From the NCBI GenBank assembly GCA_964234715.1, contig OZ174282.1: DNA of 64,000 nt. One strand, 5' to 3'. The position numbers and the translations under genes are program-made. Below, in pieces: positions 51,079 to 63,459 of this stretch. How positions within the stretch are numbered: position 1 is the first letter of the stretch; the number at the start of each line of letters is the position of its first letter. Origin of the DNA: Podarcis melisellensis (taxonomy: Eukaryota). The notes below the pieces were generated by a model. The model was not told the DNA's origin. It saw only the letters and a list, made by a program, of their open reading frames with translations, and made no database searches.

Positions 51079-51319
51079 CAGTGGTATTTTGGTTCTCGAA
51101 CGTAATCCATTCTGGAAGTCCATTCAACTTCTGAAACGTTTGAAAACCAAGGTCCTGTTTCTGATTGGCGCTGGCGCCCCGGAAACAATAGCTGACAACT
51201 GCATCGGACGTTTGGCTTCCGAAAAGTGTTCGAAAACTAGAACACTTACTTCTGGGTTTTTGGTGTTCGGGAGCCGAAATGTTCAAATACCAAGGCATTC
51301 GAGAACCAAGGTTCCACTG
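51079..51319. mobile_element. Tigger/pogo-like MITE
   Basis: TA|CAGTGGTATTTTGGTTCTCGAA...TTCGAGAACCAAGGTTCCACTG|TA. Confidence 0.85.
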
Positions 51320-51350
51320 TATATGCAATTTGACACTGTTCTATTTTAAT

Positions 51351-51443
51351 AGGAAGGAAGGAAGGAAGGAAGGAAGGAAGGAAGGAAGGGAGGGAGGGAG
51401 GGAGGGAGGGAGGGAGGGAGGGAGGGAGGGAGGGAGGAAGGAA
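51351..51443. repeat. Compound (AAGG)n(GAGG)n polypurine tract
   Basis: Seen directly. Confidence 0.95.
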
Positions 51444-51564
51444 ATTTCTCTTACAAAGTTTGGGTGAGGATTACTGAGAATACCCAAAAGCTTCTTTAGA
51501 ACACAGCATACAAATAGCATAGGCACTCCTATGCTTGTCATAATTTCTAGGCACAGTTTCTTAC

Positions 51565-51748
51565 CAGAGGCTCAACAGTAAAAACGTGATTGTTGAAGAG
51601 CATGGAGTCTTCCTGCACCCTGGCCTGGCGGTTCTGAAAGGTACGGGTGACAATGGAGAGATGCTCACGAAGATCAGGATGCATATTACACTCAGCCAAG
51701 AGCTGATCCAGCACACCCTCTTCCTCGGCCTGCAGTGTATGGCATATC
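51565..51748 (-). CDS. HYDIN: HYDIN window exon 5 (184 nt, 2-0): ICHTLQAEEE...FTVEPL
   Basis: cag|G, CTG|gtaag. Confidence 0.94.
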
Positions 51749-52227
51749 CTGGAGCCGCAGGGGAAAAAAGGAGGAAATGGATCATGTAATAGGCAACTTG
51801 GAGCCAAGAATAGAGCAAGTGAGGATGGCTGGAACTCTCAGGCTACAACTGGCATTTGCTTGCAGGATAAACAGCAGGTTTTCAAGATTTGGGGGAATTT
51901 TGAGACCCATCCCTCCAGCTCTGACAGCCAACACATCAAGCAGCAGTCTTGGGATCCTACGCAACTTTTGAATTTAGCAAGGCCTTAGGGCAGGCTAGGG
52001 GAGTCTGCCCTAGCCTGCCCTAACCTCCCCTCCAGATATTTTAGACTTCAACTCCCATCAGTCTGAGCCATCATGGCCAAGGGTTAGACATGATAGGAGC
52101 TGTAGTCCAAAACATCTGGAGGGCACCAGCTTGAGGAAAGTTGCTCTAGGCTATGCCCCTCTAAGACCTTCTCTCTTCTCTTAGCTGCTCTCTCATTCTG
52201 ACTAGGCTGAGAGGGCAAGAGAATGAA

Positions 52228-52230
<3 letters not shown>

Positions 52231-52316
<86 letters not shown>

Positions 52317-52333
52317 CGCGCGCACACACACAA
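52231..52333. repeat. Compound (TG)n(AG)n(CG)3(CA)n microsatellite
   Basis: Seen directly. Confidence 0.95.
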
Positions 52334-52610
52334 CAGCAACAACTCAGTGCAGGCATGTTTAGTACTCCACGTTCTAAAAGGGTATGAGGTACCCGTCTTG
52401 CAAGTTAAGAAATGCCAAACCAATGAAGGTGGCCTAGTAAAATTAGCCTCAGCTCAAACACGCAGTCCTCTTTCCCCCCTTCAGCAACCGAGACCATCAT
52501 ACTCAAGTAAAGCCTGGTTTAGCATTCTAATAGGAAAGTGTGGGGGATGAGGCTGACTCCTCCTCAACAATGGATATTTTTTTCATCTATGCAGCAGCCA
52601 TGGCTAACTT

Positions 52611-52802
52611 CTTCCTAATATAGTTTTATTGATTTCCAATATATAACAATTACAAAAAAGAAAGAAAAGAATACAAAAACAAAATCCCAACTCACCCCTC
52701 TTTCCCCTCCAGGACAGATCAATCTAGTTAAGTTTGCCAAAGTCCAATCTGTGGTTTCAGTAGTTGCCATTCTTCAGGTTGATCAGTAAAGTATTTTATA
52801 AA
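52611..52802 (-). mobile_element. Short L1-like 3' insertion with 15-bp TSD
   Basis: AGCCATGGCTAACTT at 52596-610 and 52803-817; minus-strand AATAAA near 52630. Confidence 0.75.
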
Positions 52803-53462
52803 AGCCATGGCTAACTTTAATTAGTTGAAAATATGGAGTAAGATGGTGCTTATTCTGAAAATTCTCACTGGCAAAGCGGTCAAGCAAAAAATAGAGTATG
52901 ACCATGACAAACAGATGGCCTCATGCCATTTAGCATCGTGAGCAAAACATCCCTCTCATAACCACTCCTTGTCAGGAATTCTTCCTTCATTAGCCAGTTA
53001 CACACCTCCAAAGTGTTATCACAGAAGCTGTGTAAATTTAATAGCCTCATTGCAATGCCTTTTAAAAAAGTCCCTCTGAATTATTATCCTCCTTGGTGCT
53101 CCCAGAATGAAGAATGACTCCCTGATGTCTTCATGGGATGTCAAGAGCAGAAGGGGGCCTGCTGCACCCTTTGTCAGGTGGACCAGACTTTTGTCACACT
53201 TCAGGTCTGGCTGTTCTCCAGCCATTATTAATTCTCATGACAAGGTAAAAGTGTCCAGAAATGAAGAGTCTGCTCTGCATTCAGCCCTGAAATTCACCTT
53301 CCCATAAAGAGCTTAGGCCAGACCAGCATAATGTGGAATCCACCCACATTGAATATGGCCCACCAGATGTACCTTGGAGCCTGTCAAGGGTTCAACAACT
53401 CCCCCCCCCCATTATTGCAGTCCCAAGCAAGCTACCCCAAAACCCCAGGAAGTTGTTGGACC

Positions 53463-53653
53463 CAGTGGCGTAGTGTAGGGGGTGAAGGGGGGGCCGGCCG
53501 CACCGGGCGCAACATCTGGGGGTTAGGGTTAGGGGGCGCAAATCCACGGGTTAGGGGGCACAAATCCACGGGTTAGGGGGCGCAAATCCACGGGTTAGGG
53601 GGTGCAAATTACTTGCCTTGCCCCGGGTGCTGACAACCCACGCTACGCCACTG
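53463..53653. mobile_element. hAT MITE with internal 22-bp TTAGGG-containing tandem repeat
   Basis: TIRs CAGTGGCGTAG/CTACGCCACTG; perfect 8-bp TSD GTTGGACC (53455-62 and 53654-61). Confidence 0.92.
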
Positions 53654-54808
53654 GTTGGACCTTCTGGTGGGCACTTGCCTTTGGCTTGGTGGGATGCAAG
53701 TTGTGCATATATGGCCTAGAACCCTTACTAAAGATGCCCCAACAGCACCACAAAAGGTCCTAAGTGGTGGCCTAGACGTTTCAGTGCTTAACAGGTAGGG
53801 CCAGCCCAAGGCATTTCATTGCCTGAGGCAAAGGACAAGACACCAACTCTCTCTCCCAATTCCAAGTACAAGAGCCAACCAACTGGCAGCTGGATCTTAT
53901 TTTAACACTAGTGATGGGACAGCATCCTCTTCCACTGCACCTGGGGGCAGGGTTTACAGGGATGCTGCATGACTCACACACATCTGTCTGCTCCCTACCC
54001 TTCAGTAGCTGCCACCAGAGATGACTCTTTCACTCTGCCTAACAGTAGGGCCAGCCTGTTTAAAATTCAAAATCCAGGCAACTAATCCTGCATGTGGATC
54101 CTGTGATGAGGGACCTTTCCTTGCAGCCCCAAATCCCATTACTTACTCAGATCTAGGTCCCCATAGGAACAAAAATCACCCCCGCACTTCTTCCCAATTG
54201 TGCAGTTATGGAGGGGCTGTGCCAGCCACAGGGATCCAGAGGGGTAGAAGCAGGGAAAGGAAGGGGATGAACTCATCCTCACTTCAGCCCCACTGGAGAC
54301 GGAGGGCAAGCATCATGCTGCCTCTGGACAACAGCACTGAGACTTAGCAGCAGGGGCTAGAGTCTGAGAATGTGGCTGCAGCTGCCTCCCCTCGCTCTCA
54401 GCACCCTGCACCTATCCTTGAGGATCCCCCTTTTATTGAGGGAGAAGGGAAGGAACCCTGGAAGATCCTGGCTTGTAACTCTGAGCCCCCTTGCCCCAAG
54501 TTGTTCCTCTTTCTCCTTGGGGCATATAGCCCATGCACTCACTGGCCTTAAGTCCTACTCTGACCAAGGAGGAAGGTTACAGCTAGAGTTGCCTGCAGCC
54601 TGGTCCTTTAGGGAAGCCACAGGTGCCTTCAAGTCCACAGCAAGTGGCCACAGCAAGGCAAGGACCAGCCCACCAACTCAGCTCCAGCCATCCTGCCACA
54701 GATCCCTTCCATTCTCGTAGCAACACCTGCCACACACACACTCCATTTCCCCACCTGTTCTGTGCCTCTCAGAGAGCTCTAGACTTTGGTGGCAGCAGAG
54801 TCTGCTGC

Positions 54809-55160
54809 TACAGATGAATGAGTCTGGCAGTTTCAGTTTCTTTCCATTCCTCATTTTCCCAATCTTCAGGTCACCACACTTCCACATCCACTAGCATTAG
54901 TTGTTCTTTTTTAAACTCATCGTAAAATTTATCAGTACTTTAGTGCATGTTTGTCCTAATGGCCACATTTGTGCAAGCAATTTTCCTGAATGGGATGCAT
55001 TTTTCGATGTTGCTTTCACCAACACAGGGGTTTTAATCATACTTTTCCTTAACATAAACATTTTTCACAAATTTTGGGTTGGAGAAGAGGAACTGCAAAA
55101 TGCAGAAAAGTGCAAAGTTGGAAGGGTCCACCAGATTGCTCATTTTTCACCTCTCCTGCT
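54809..55160. mobile_element. Degraded non-autonomous DNA transposon (hAT-like) of a common squamate type
   Basis: cagtttcagtttctttccattcctcattttcccaatctt start plus degenerate aatatgcattttt-type internal units. Confidence 0.4.
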
Positions 55161-55529
55161 GCTAGAATTCCTTCTCTGTTGCCCAGTTACTCCACACACA
55201 CTCTGCTGCCATGGCCCAGTAGCTGCACTCTGCCCCCGTACAGAAGCAGCATTAGCATCAAGGAATCTACTGTCCATGCTAAAATTGGTGCAAGTTGGAA
55301 ACCGAAGTCTGGGAGACTGGGTATGTGAAGTAAAACAGCAGGCACATGCATGTTGTGCTGAGGGGATCGTGCAAAGTTGTGCACTGATAGGTAGCCACAA
55401 GAAACCAGCTCATTGATTGGTGCCTGTTAAGTTCCAGCTTTGTTCCACACTGAGAGCACTGTTAGAGCCACAGGAACCAGAAGAATCAACAGAGCAATAG
55501 AATTACACAAATGTGGCTGGTGTAGAAAT

Positions 55530-56017
55530 GTTATAAGATGTTCTGGACTTTAATATTGTTGTGAGATTTTTGGTGCGGGGGGAGAGGTTAGGCTGACTGC
55601 CTGAGACCCTTCTAATTCCTGGATCCAGCAAGGATTCAATTGTTAAACTAGCCAGTAAGAGCCATAATGGCCTAAAATGGGTGGTAGGCCCTCCCTCAAC
55701 TAGCTGTTAGTTAGAAGGACAAAAGCCATAGTGGTGATGTGTGTGTGAGAAAGCTAAAGACTAGAGGCAGGCTGGGCAGCTGAGTGAAAGAGCCATGCCT
55801 GATTTCTGCTGGAATCCAAGGTGTGGCTATTGGAAGAAGACCTTCTTATGGGTTTAATGCTCCATCATAGGCTCAGGTTCTATATATGTATAAATAAGCC
55901 ATGTTATCATAGAGACACCATAGTCTTGGCCGTCCCATATTCTGAGGAAACCAAACCCAGTGTAAGTGCCTGGAACCCCTGCAATCTTGCACCACTCAGA
56001 GACTGAGGTGGCATGCA
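55530..56017 (+). mobile_element. Candidate LTR remnant
   Basis: TG...CA boundaries; tgtaagtgcc..gaacccctgcaatcttg also present at ~57880-57908. Confidence 0.35.
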
Positions 56018-56852
56018 ATAATATTTGACCAAGATCAGGGTGGCCCAAGATGTGGCCTGATGGCCACATGAGACCCTCAATACATCCTCTGGCAGCCCTC
56101 AGCAACATTTCACACACACACACAGCCCTCATGCTGCCTTCCCAAAGTCAAGTAAGTGAGGTGCTGGGCTATGGGAAGCATGTATGAGGGCTCTGACAGG
56201 GACCTAGAGTCCTCCTGCCTCCTTCCCAAAGCCAAGTTAGCACTTCTCCAGCTTTGGGAAGGAGAAAGGAGGACTCTTGGACCCTGCCAGAGCCTCACAT
56301 TTCCTTCTTAAAGCTCAGCACTTCACTTAGCCAGTTTTGGGAAGGCAGCCTGAAGGCATCAAATTTTGGCCTCACTTGTCTCACCCCACCCCACTCCCTG
56401 TGCACCACAAGGCAGTGTATGGCCTGCAAGTTCCATGTCAAAGTACCCTTGCAGCCCACTTGGTTGGACTGCCCTGACCTAGATAGACACACATTTTGGG
56501 TTCACACAAGGAGGGTTCAGAAAATACTTACCGTAAAGTACGCAAATGATGGACTGTTTTTCAAATTATGTGACACCTTAAACTTCTTAAAAACCATGCA
56601 TACTTTCTCTGTAGCATGAAGATAAAACACTGCAAGCTAACAGGGATTTCTTTTTAAATATATATTTTATTTGGGAACAGTTGGCCACTTTATTTGTATT
56701 TATATGTTATATTAGATACATTGTATAATTATATGAAACTATGGTGTAATAAACTTTGAAAGTGAGTAAGGATTGTGAATATGTTTCACTATAATACTGA
56801 ATTAAAAAATTTGGGTCGGGGAACCCAAAAAATCCAGAGCCCTCAAGTTTAC

Positions 56853-57054
56853 CTTTGTTTTTTTTGCTCTTCCTCTTCTTGTGTTGCAAAGATCTTCCAC
56901 TGGAAACGCGCAATGATATCACTCCGATTGTGAATAACCACAGACCTCTGGCTCACTAAAGTAATATATGTTTTCTCAACCATCAAGGAGTTCTTGTCCA
57001 GTCTCACATTGACGTCTGTAGCTGCTCCATATAAGCATACATGAATATCTTCCC
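56853..57054 (-). CDS. HYDIN: HYDIN window exon 4 (202 nt, 1-2): EDIHVCLYGAATD...EEEQKKQR
   Basis: tag|GG, AG|gtaaa. Confidence 0.95.
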
Positions 57055-58993
57055 CTAGGAGAGACAGCAAATGAGAAATGGAGAAGGACTTACAGAACTG
57101 AGAAGGCCTGCATTTTTTGAGAAGTGCTTTCTTTCAACAAGCTCCACAAAACACAGATGCTTGTGTGTGTCCAACAAGGAATCTTCCTCTTTAGAAGATT
57201 TCCTAGGCCAGACATGGAGTGGAACTGTCTAGGCCTTAGCCAGTGTTGCCATTGTCTCAGCAGTAATACTTGGAGCTTGTGAAAATAGTGGAAGAGCAGT
57301 GCAATCTCCACAGGTAATAGGCTTAGCGTTTGTCTCTCATCCTTTCAAAAGGTGTGATGTTGACATGTGCAATAATAAAGCTTTCTGGCAAGCATTTACC
57401 ATGCATTTACTTTGGCGTACCATCCCTATTACCTTTCTCCAATGGAGCCCTTTTATCAGCATGCTTATTTTTCAAAGCAGAGTTTATAATTTGTGTAAAA
57501 TATGCAATAGCAAATTCAATATTGGATTGTTGTTTTAGCATGCTGCCATTTCTAGTCTTTCCAGCTGGCAACCATTTTATCATCATGCTTTTCCACCCAA
57601 CCTTCTAATTCACCCTAAAACAACCTTAAATATATTTTCAAAGTTATGCATAATAGAGCTTAAATTTAAAAAGTGCTTTAGCACAAATTCAACATTGATT
57701 TAAAAATTGATTGCTCAAAGTGGTTTTTAAAAATTGTGAGTTTGAGTGCATTGTCCTTTTCCTGCACACATGGTTATATCACACCCACAAGTGTGGATGG
57801 GATATAACAGGTTGGATACACACCAACAGTGCCATATTCCCTTCCCTACCACAACCCCTCCCCCCCCAAAAAAACCCTGTGTAAGTGCCGAGAACCCCTG
57901 CAATCTTGTTCTGGACTACTATGGTTCTCAACTATGTGTGTGTGTGCCTTCTCAGCATAACAGATGCAGACCATTGACTGAGCATATAACAGTATTGATT
58001 TGTTGTTTTGTCAGCATAGAAATTTGAAAAACCTGAATCAGGCACCTATTTATCTTTTGGGGTAAAATGTTTCAGAAAGAGTAAGACATGCCATCATCAA
58101 TCATGTTGGTATCCTGCTGTGCAGGCCAGGTAGTTTGCAATCTGGATTGAAGGGGACTCAGTGGCACAAAGCCTTCTGTGAAGAGAAGCCAGGCTGTTAA
58201 GGCACAGGTGCCATGTGCTGCACACAGGGGTTGGTTCTAGTGAAAAGGCAAAGGTATTTCTCTCTCTGAGTAAGTCAGGATCATCTTAACATTGCAATCA
58301 TTGGCTGTGCAGTGACAGCAGAGTGGGATTTTCCACATTGCGACGGAACCTTTCAAATTTAGGCTCCGGCATAAACAGCATCTTTGGCAGGACAACTGCA
58401 AACTGCTGGTACTATTGCTGCATCAGATGCTTGGGTGAAGATCTTCTCTTGAGCTGGAGCCAAGGTTTGGGGGCCAAATCAGATGTAACCTTCAATTTAG
58501 GTGCCTCTTGACATGACTGAAGACACTCATTCACATACAGCATTGTTCTAGCAGTTCTGAAAACTTCATCCAACAGAAGAGATTTCTGCCATTTAGTGCC
58601 TGTGGAAGTATCACACCCATATGCTGCTTTGGCATAATTACAGTAGCTGGCAGGCAACAAAAAAAAGGTTACTGAGCACTGTTGCCTCAGCAAACTGTGT
58701 TGACATGGGAGGAATCAGCAAGTAAGTAAAGCAGGGTTAGGTGAAGCATGTTGTAGAAAAGTCTGCAAACAATCCTGTTAGGCAGCCACAGCTCATTTCA
58801 GCAGGGCTCTTTGGCAACTCTCATGCCAAACACCTGGAAGTGACTTCAGTTCAGACAGCAGAGCAGCCCCATATAAGTAGCAAGGCATCTGTAGTAGAGG
58901 TTCCTAGATGACATTGGATTGATTCTATGTACCCTTTTATTCCACAACAAGAAAGCTGAAGGAAAACGGTACATCCTTTTATTTTGCACTCAC

Positions 58994-59118
58994 CTGTGTC
59001 ATAATGCACTACAAGGTCCTCACAGTGGTTGCCACTCTTTTGAGGATGGAAATCAATGGTAAATTGTGTGGTTTCCTGGATTCCAAGGGTCCCAATGGAG
59101 GGCTCGATAGAGAATGGT
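58994..59118 (-). CDS. HYDIN: HYDIN window exon 3 (125 nt, 2-1): PFSIEPSIGTL...VVHYDTG
   Basis: cag|A, G|gtgag; phase fits neighbours. Confidence 0.95.
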
Positions 59119-59942
59119 CTGAAATGCAAAGGAGAAATCTGGAACCAATGGGACAAACTAATCTGAAGCCCATGGGAACTAATTGCAATTACCTTGGTCA
59201 GGATCAAGCTCATTTTTTTTTACTAGGGCCACCTATTCAAGCCTGGTTAACATGGTTTAGTGATCTTGTTAACACTTTTCAACTGGGCTTTTGTACTCCC
59301 AGCCAGAGGGCTAAAGAGATCTAAAAGGTGTATTTATCCCTCTTTCAAGGCATGTCAATGAGCAGCACTGACCATTCTCAACTATCTTCATATCAGAGAC
59401 AGCCTCTGGATTCAAGTGGACCAACTGCTGCAGTTGCCCTCAGGTCCTGCTTGAGGGCTTCTCAGATGCATGTTTTTGGCCACTGTGAGAACAAGATGCC
59501 TGAAGAGGTGAGTCTTTGATCTTAACTAGCAGCCAGGGTCATCTTCTTATGTCCTTAGGCTGCAAGTACAAAACCAAGACTGGATATTCCAGACCCACTC
59601 ACGTGGAGTACAAAGGCATAAGCAGGGAGCTCTTTTCAATGCAGAGCTCAGCTAGATAAGACAAAATGAAAGCTAGGGAGCAGTTAAAGCCATTGGTAGC
59701 CAATGATATCTTAAGTCTAAGCCACACCCACAGCACCAGCACTCCAGCCTTCTTAGCTCTCACTTACGCAGAGCTGTGTTAGACCCAAACCATGCCAGTG
59801 GTCTATTTCTAAGGTGTGGCTGGCCCAAATTCCCCTAGGTTAAAGCACAAGAAATATTTCCTGTACCCTATGACAACCCGCTCAGTAACTTTAAACATGT
59901 TTGACTGAAGTCATTGTCTCATTATACAGAAAAATGAAAATA

Positions 59943-60170
59943 CAGTGCTACCTCGGGTTAAGAGCCTAATTCATTCTGGAGGTCCGTTCTTAACCTGAAA
60001 CTGTTCTTAACCTGGAGCACCACTTTAGCTAATGGGGCCTCCCGCTGCTGCGCGATTTCTGTTCTCATCCTGAAGCAAAGTTCTTAACCCGAGGTACTAT
60101 TTCTGGGTTAGCGGAGTCTGTAACCTGAAGCATCTGTAACCTGAAGCGTCTGTAACCCGAGGTACCACTG
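59943..60170. mobile_element. Tigger/pogo-like MITE
   Basis: TA|CAGTGCTACCTCGGGTTA...TAACCCGAGGTACCACTG|TA; subterminal TAACCTGAAG repeats. Confidence 0.9.
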
Positions 60171-60300
60171 TACATACAATAAAGGTTTATTTAAATGGGG
60201 GGGGGGGGAGAGAAGTCATTGTCTCATGCTCTGGCTATTACTGATGTCACATTCCATAATCTGTAACCTCCTAACCCAGACAGAAATCTCAAGATTTTAC

Positions 60301-60500
60301 CTCTGTGTAGTGATTTGATAGCGGGCCTCTCGGTTGCCAATGTTACGAACAAGCAGTGTTTTCTGTGTGTTGTACTTGACTGGGCAGGTGGAGAAATTCA
60401 ACTTGTCTGGGAAATCCAAAATGCCTCTAGCACCAATGGCTCGAATAGGGACAATAAACTTTTCCCTTTCAGTAATGCAGGTTACTTCATGGAAATAATC
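60301..60500 (-). CDS. HYDIN: HYDIN window exon 2 (200 nt, 0-2): DYFHEVTCITEREKF...YQITTQR
   Basis: cag|GAT, AG|gtaaa; lies in ORF 60297..60524. Confidence 0.95.
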
Positions 60501-61633
60501 CTGGAGAGAAAGAATAATATGCAAGTGAGAAGCCTTGCTTCTGGGGGCTCAGCATCCATCCACTACAGAAGATGCCAGAAAAGATCTTCAAGGTGCACAC
60601 CATAATATTGTAGGATCTACTGACACACCTAATTGCCCCAGAAAAATGACACCTGAACTCACTTCAACCTCTAATTAGGGTCTCACTGCAAACACCTGCA
60701 ATGACTCTCCAGGAGCCATTTTACAAAAGGAGCTGATTTTTGTCTCTGGACAAACCAGGAGTCTCTGGAGGAGACAAACCATGAACCTGAGTTCAGACAA
60801 CAGACTAAGCCAAACCATGTCTTAGTGCACAGCAGGAGAAATAGTGGAGCAAAGCAGTTGCAATCTGCTCTCTGGGAGCCTATGAATTGTGCTAAGCCAT
60901 AGTTTGGCTTCCTGTTACATGTGAACAGATCCATGTGAATATGTGTAGAAACTATCCACTGTACAAATGTAAAATTTATATTCATTGCCCTACCCACACT
61001 TGCCTCAGGCCCGTCCACCACTGGCACATGGTCCCTGAATAGTTACCCAGATGTATCCCTCAGGCTGAGACAGGTTCCTGATCCCTGTGCAAGATGATAA
61101 AAGGCAAAGGATCAAGGCAGCCTTGTCCATATCCTTGGGCCTCAATAAATGAATTTTTGATTCATCTCTTTAATGTTTCCATTTGTTCAAGTTAGACAAG
61201 ATTCATGGGTATCTGAGGCCAGCCACCTGTGTCCTTGATCCTTGCCCATACTAGCTCATTAAGAGAGCCAGAGATAGAATGAGCAAATGAATGGCAGAGT
61301 GCAGCATTAGCATATCAGCTCCTATACATTGTGTTCCTCTTCAAACATCCCGAGTGCACATGCCCAACTACCAACTTCTCTTTCTCTGATTTATTCCTTT
61401 TGTTTGAGAAGTCCTTCTGCCAATTGTGTGTTCAAGGAGGGTGACGCTGACAATAGGAGGAAATGAGAAATGCCATACATTCCACAAAGGGTGAGCCTGA
61501 ACTGCAGGGCTATGTGAAAAGGCCTGCTAGTCTTAGGCTTAGGCTCTTTGGCTCCCAGTCTCCTCCATCATTCTTTGCCATGCAGCCTTAAACAGAAACA
61601 CAGATTTCCCAGCAGGAGAGGCGATGGTCTTAC

Positions 61634-61768
61634 CTTGTTCTCTTCAGGAGTGAAGAGGATGCGGAATGTCGAATGCATGCCAGGTGCAACTTTGTTACAC
61701 ACATCATTGGGGCTTATGACTCTGAAGTAAGGTGAACTCTCCAGAACAACTTTCACCAGCCGAGGGAT
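61634..61768 (-). CDS. HYDIN: HYDIN window exon 1 (135 nt, phase 0-0): IPRLVKVVLESSPYF...FTPEENK
   Basis: tag|ATC acceptor, AAG|gtaag donor; HYDIN-like peptide. Confidence 0.95.
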
Positions 61769-62076
61769 CTATAAGAAATGCAGAAAAAATATTTTGCCAT
61801 GATTCAAATAGATGAATAAAATTAACCAGCCTTGCCATGAGAGACAAATTCTGTATTCTAGCAGCAAACAACCTAGATGGGCTGGTCCAGCTACATCAGT
61901 ATAGTGGTGGTAAAGTAATCCTATGCACTTACAGCAGTAAGCACAAGTGAGGTAGCACAAGAATTACTGGAGAAATAAGTGCTAAGCTGCAGCCTTGAGA
62001 ACATCTCTGGTAACTCTGCTGCTCCTCACCAAATATGATGTTGTGCATCAAGACAGCCCACCTTTATCCATGCATA

Positions 62077-62706
62077 TGTCAAGGAGCTGTCAATGATCCA
62101 GGTCAACCACAGGACAGGCACACACATGGAAGGCACAGAAGGCAACTAACTTTTTCTTAACAGAAAATAACAACACAGTGGAGTCCTCTGGTTTGCCTTA
62201 ATCCAGCTAAGACGTTGCTGAAACTGACCACTAGCTCTGCCATTCCCCCTCTAGCCTTTCATTCTAGATTCCTCCCAAGCAGGCAAAGGCTGCAACAAGG
62301 GGGCAAGCTCCTCCTCTGGGCCTGTCTGGCCTGTTGCTCAGCAACTTGCACGACTCTCCTCGAGCGGAGTGTCAGAGCAGGAGGCAAGCCAGCAGGACTG
62401 AGACTGTCCTGCTGCTGTGTAGCAGGGCCCACCTCTGATTCCTCTTGGTCTGAATCTGTGCTCACACTGTGACTCTCAGCTTCTAACCCTGTCCTGGAAG
62501 GCCCTCCTTCTCCTGACCCCTCTTGATCACTCAACCCCCTTGCTTCTAGAACCTCCCAGCTTGTCCCTTCTGTAGACTGCTCTTCAGTGTCCCACCACCA
62601 GTATCTAAGTTGTCATTTTCTGTGCCCTCCGGGGGGGGGGGGGCTATTGGACAGGTGACTCCCACCACTCTTCCTTATCCAGTCCTTATCCAGCCAGTCT
62701 CTGACA
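62077..62706 (-). mobile_element. Solo LTR (Gypsy-like), ~630 bp
   Basis: TGTCA...TGACA termini; TSD GCATA/CCATA (4/5). Confidence 0.65.
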
Positions 62707-62778
62707 CCATACATGGTACCAAAAAATGTGCAGCAATGGCAGGAAAACCACAATGACATCAGTAAGGGAAGTATTAGT

Positions 62779-63230
62779 ACTGCTCTAGTCTGCCTTGGAG
62801 TGCTGTGTCCACTTGTGGGCACCACAGTTTTAGAAAGATATTGATAAACTGGAACGTGTGTAGAGGAGGGTGACCAAGATGATAAAGAGTCTTGAAACCA
62901 AGCCTTATGAGGAACAATTAAGAGAGTTTGGTATGTTTAGTGTGGAGAACACTGAGAGGTGATATAATAGCCATCTTCATATACCTAAATGGCTGCCACA
63001 TGGAACATGGAGCAAGCTTGTTTTCTCCTGCTCAGGAGGGTAGGACTTGAACCAATGGATTTGAGTTACAAGAAAGGAGATTCTGACGAAACAGCTGGAA
63101 GAACTTTCTGACAGTAAGAGCAAAGGTTGGATAGCCATCTGTCAGGGATTCTTTCCCGTGATTCCTGCACTACAGGAGTTGGGCCAGATGACCCTTTGGG
63201 TCCCTTCCAACTCTAAGATTCTATGATTCC
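62779..63230 (+). mobile_element. CR1 LINE 3' end (RT C-terminus to terminal repeat)
   Basis: FRKDIDKLERV*RRVTKMIKSLETKPYEEQLREFGMFS...; ends ccttccaactctaagattctatgattc. Confidence 0.88.
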
Positions 63231-63459
63231 ACGATTCCTAGTCCACATCCCCTTCACACACAGTTCAAAACCATGCAATCAAGAGGAGCTCACAGCATCA
63301 CCCTTGTCAAAGGCCTGCTGCAATAGAGCAGTAAGGAGGGCAATGACTAGTATATGCACAAACATCACGGTAAAAGGCTCAGATATCTCTAATCCTAACC
63401 CAAATACCACCACCAGCAGTCTCCAAAAAGCTAGGAAAAACACCAGAGCCAGATGGGAA

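Larger units (their letters stand above)
43..61768 (-). other. HYDIN: HYDIN gene, internal part: 33 coding exons; gene extends beyond both window ends
   Basis: Spliced translation matches recalled vertebrate HYDIN in colinear order (e.g. FTPEENK, LDFPDKLNFSTCPVKY, LPEYILDFGYIILG, KNPCSFPIEFYSLEFDQQYL). All junctions are GT-AG and phase-consistent, with no stop in 1785 codons. Confidence 0.97.

Noticed and set aside
53529-53610. 22-bp tandem repeats as a CRISPR array or true telomere remnant
   Set aside because: No spacers, eukaryotic context, and bounded by hAT TIRs and a TSD.
54901-55416. 171-aa ORF (+)
   Set aside because: Non-ATG start; overlaps a degraded AT-rich repeat; no homology recognised.
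43-61768. HYDIN pseudogene or partial duplicate; U12 or GC-AG introns
   Set aside because: All 33 exons are in frame with no stops and all 32 introns are GT-AG without a U12 donor consensus. A recent duplicate cannot be excluded from this window alone.
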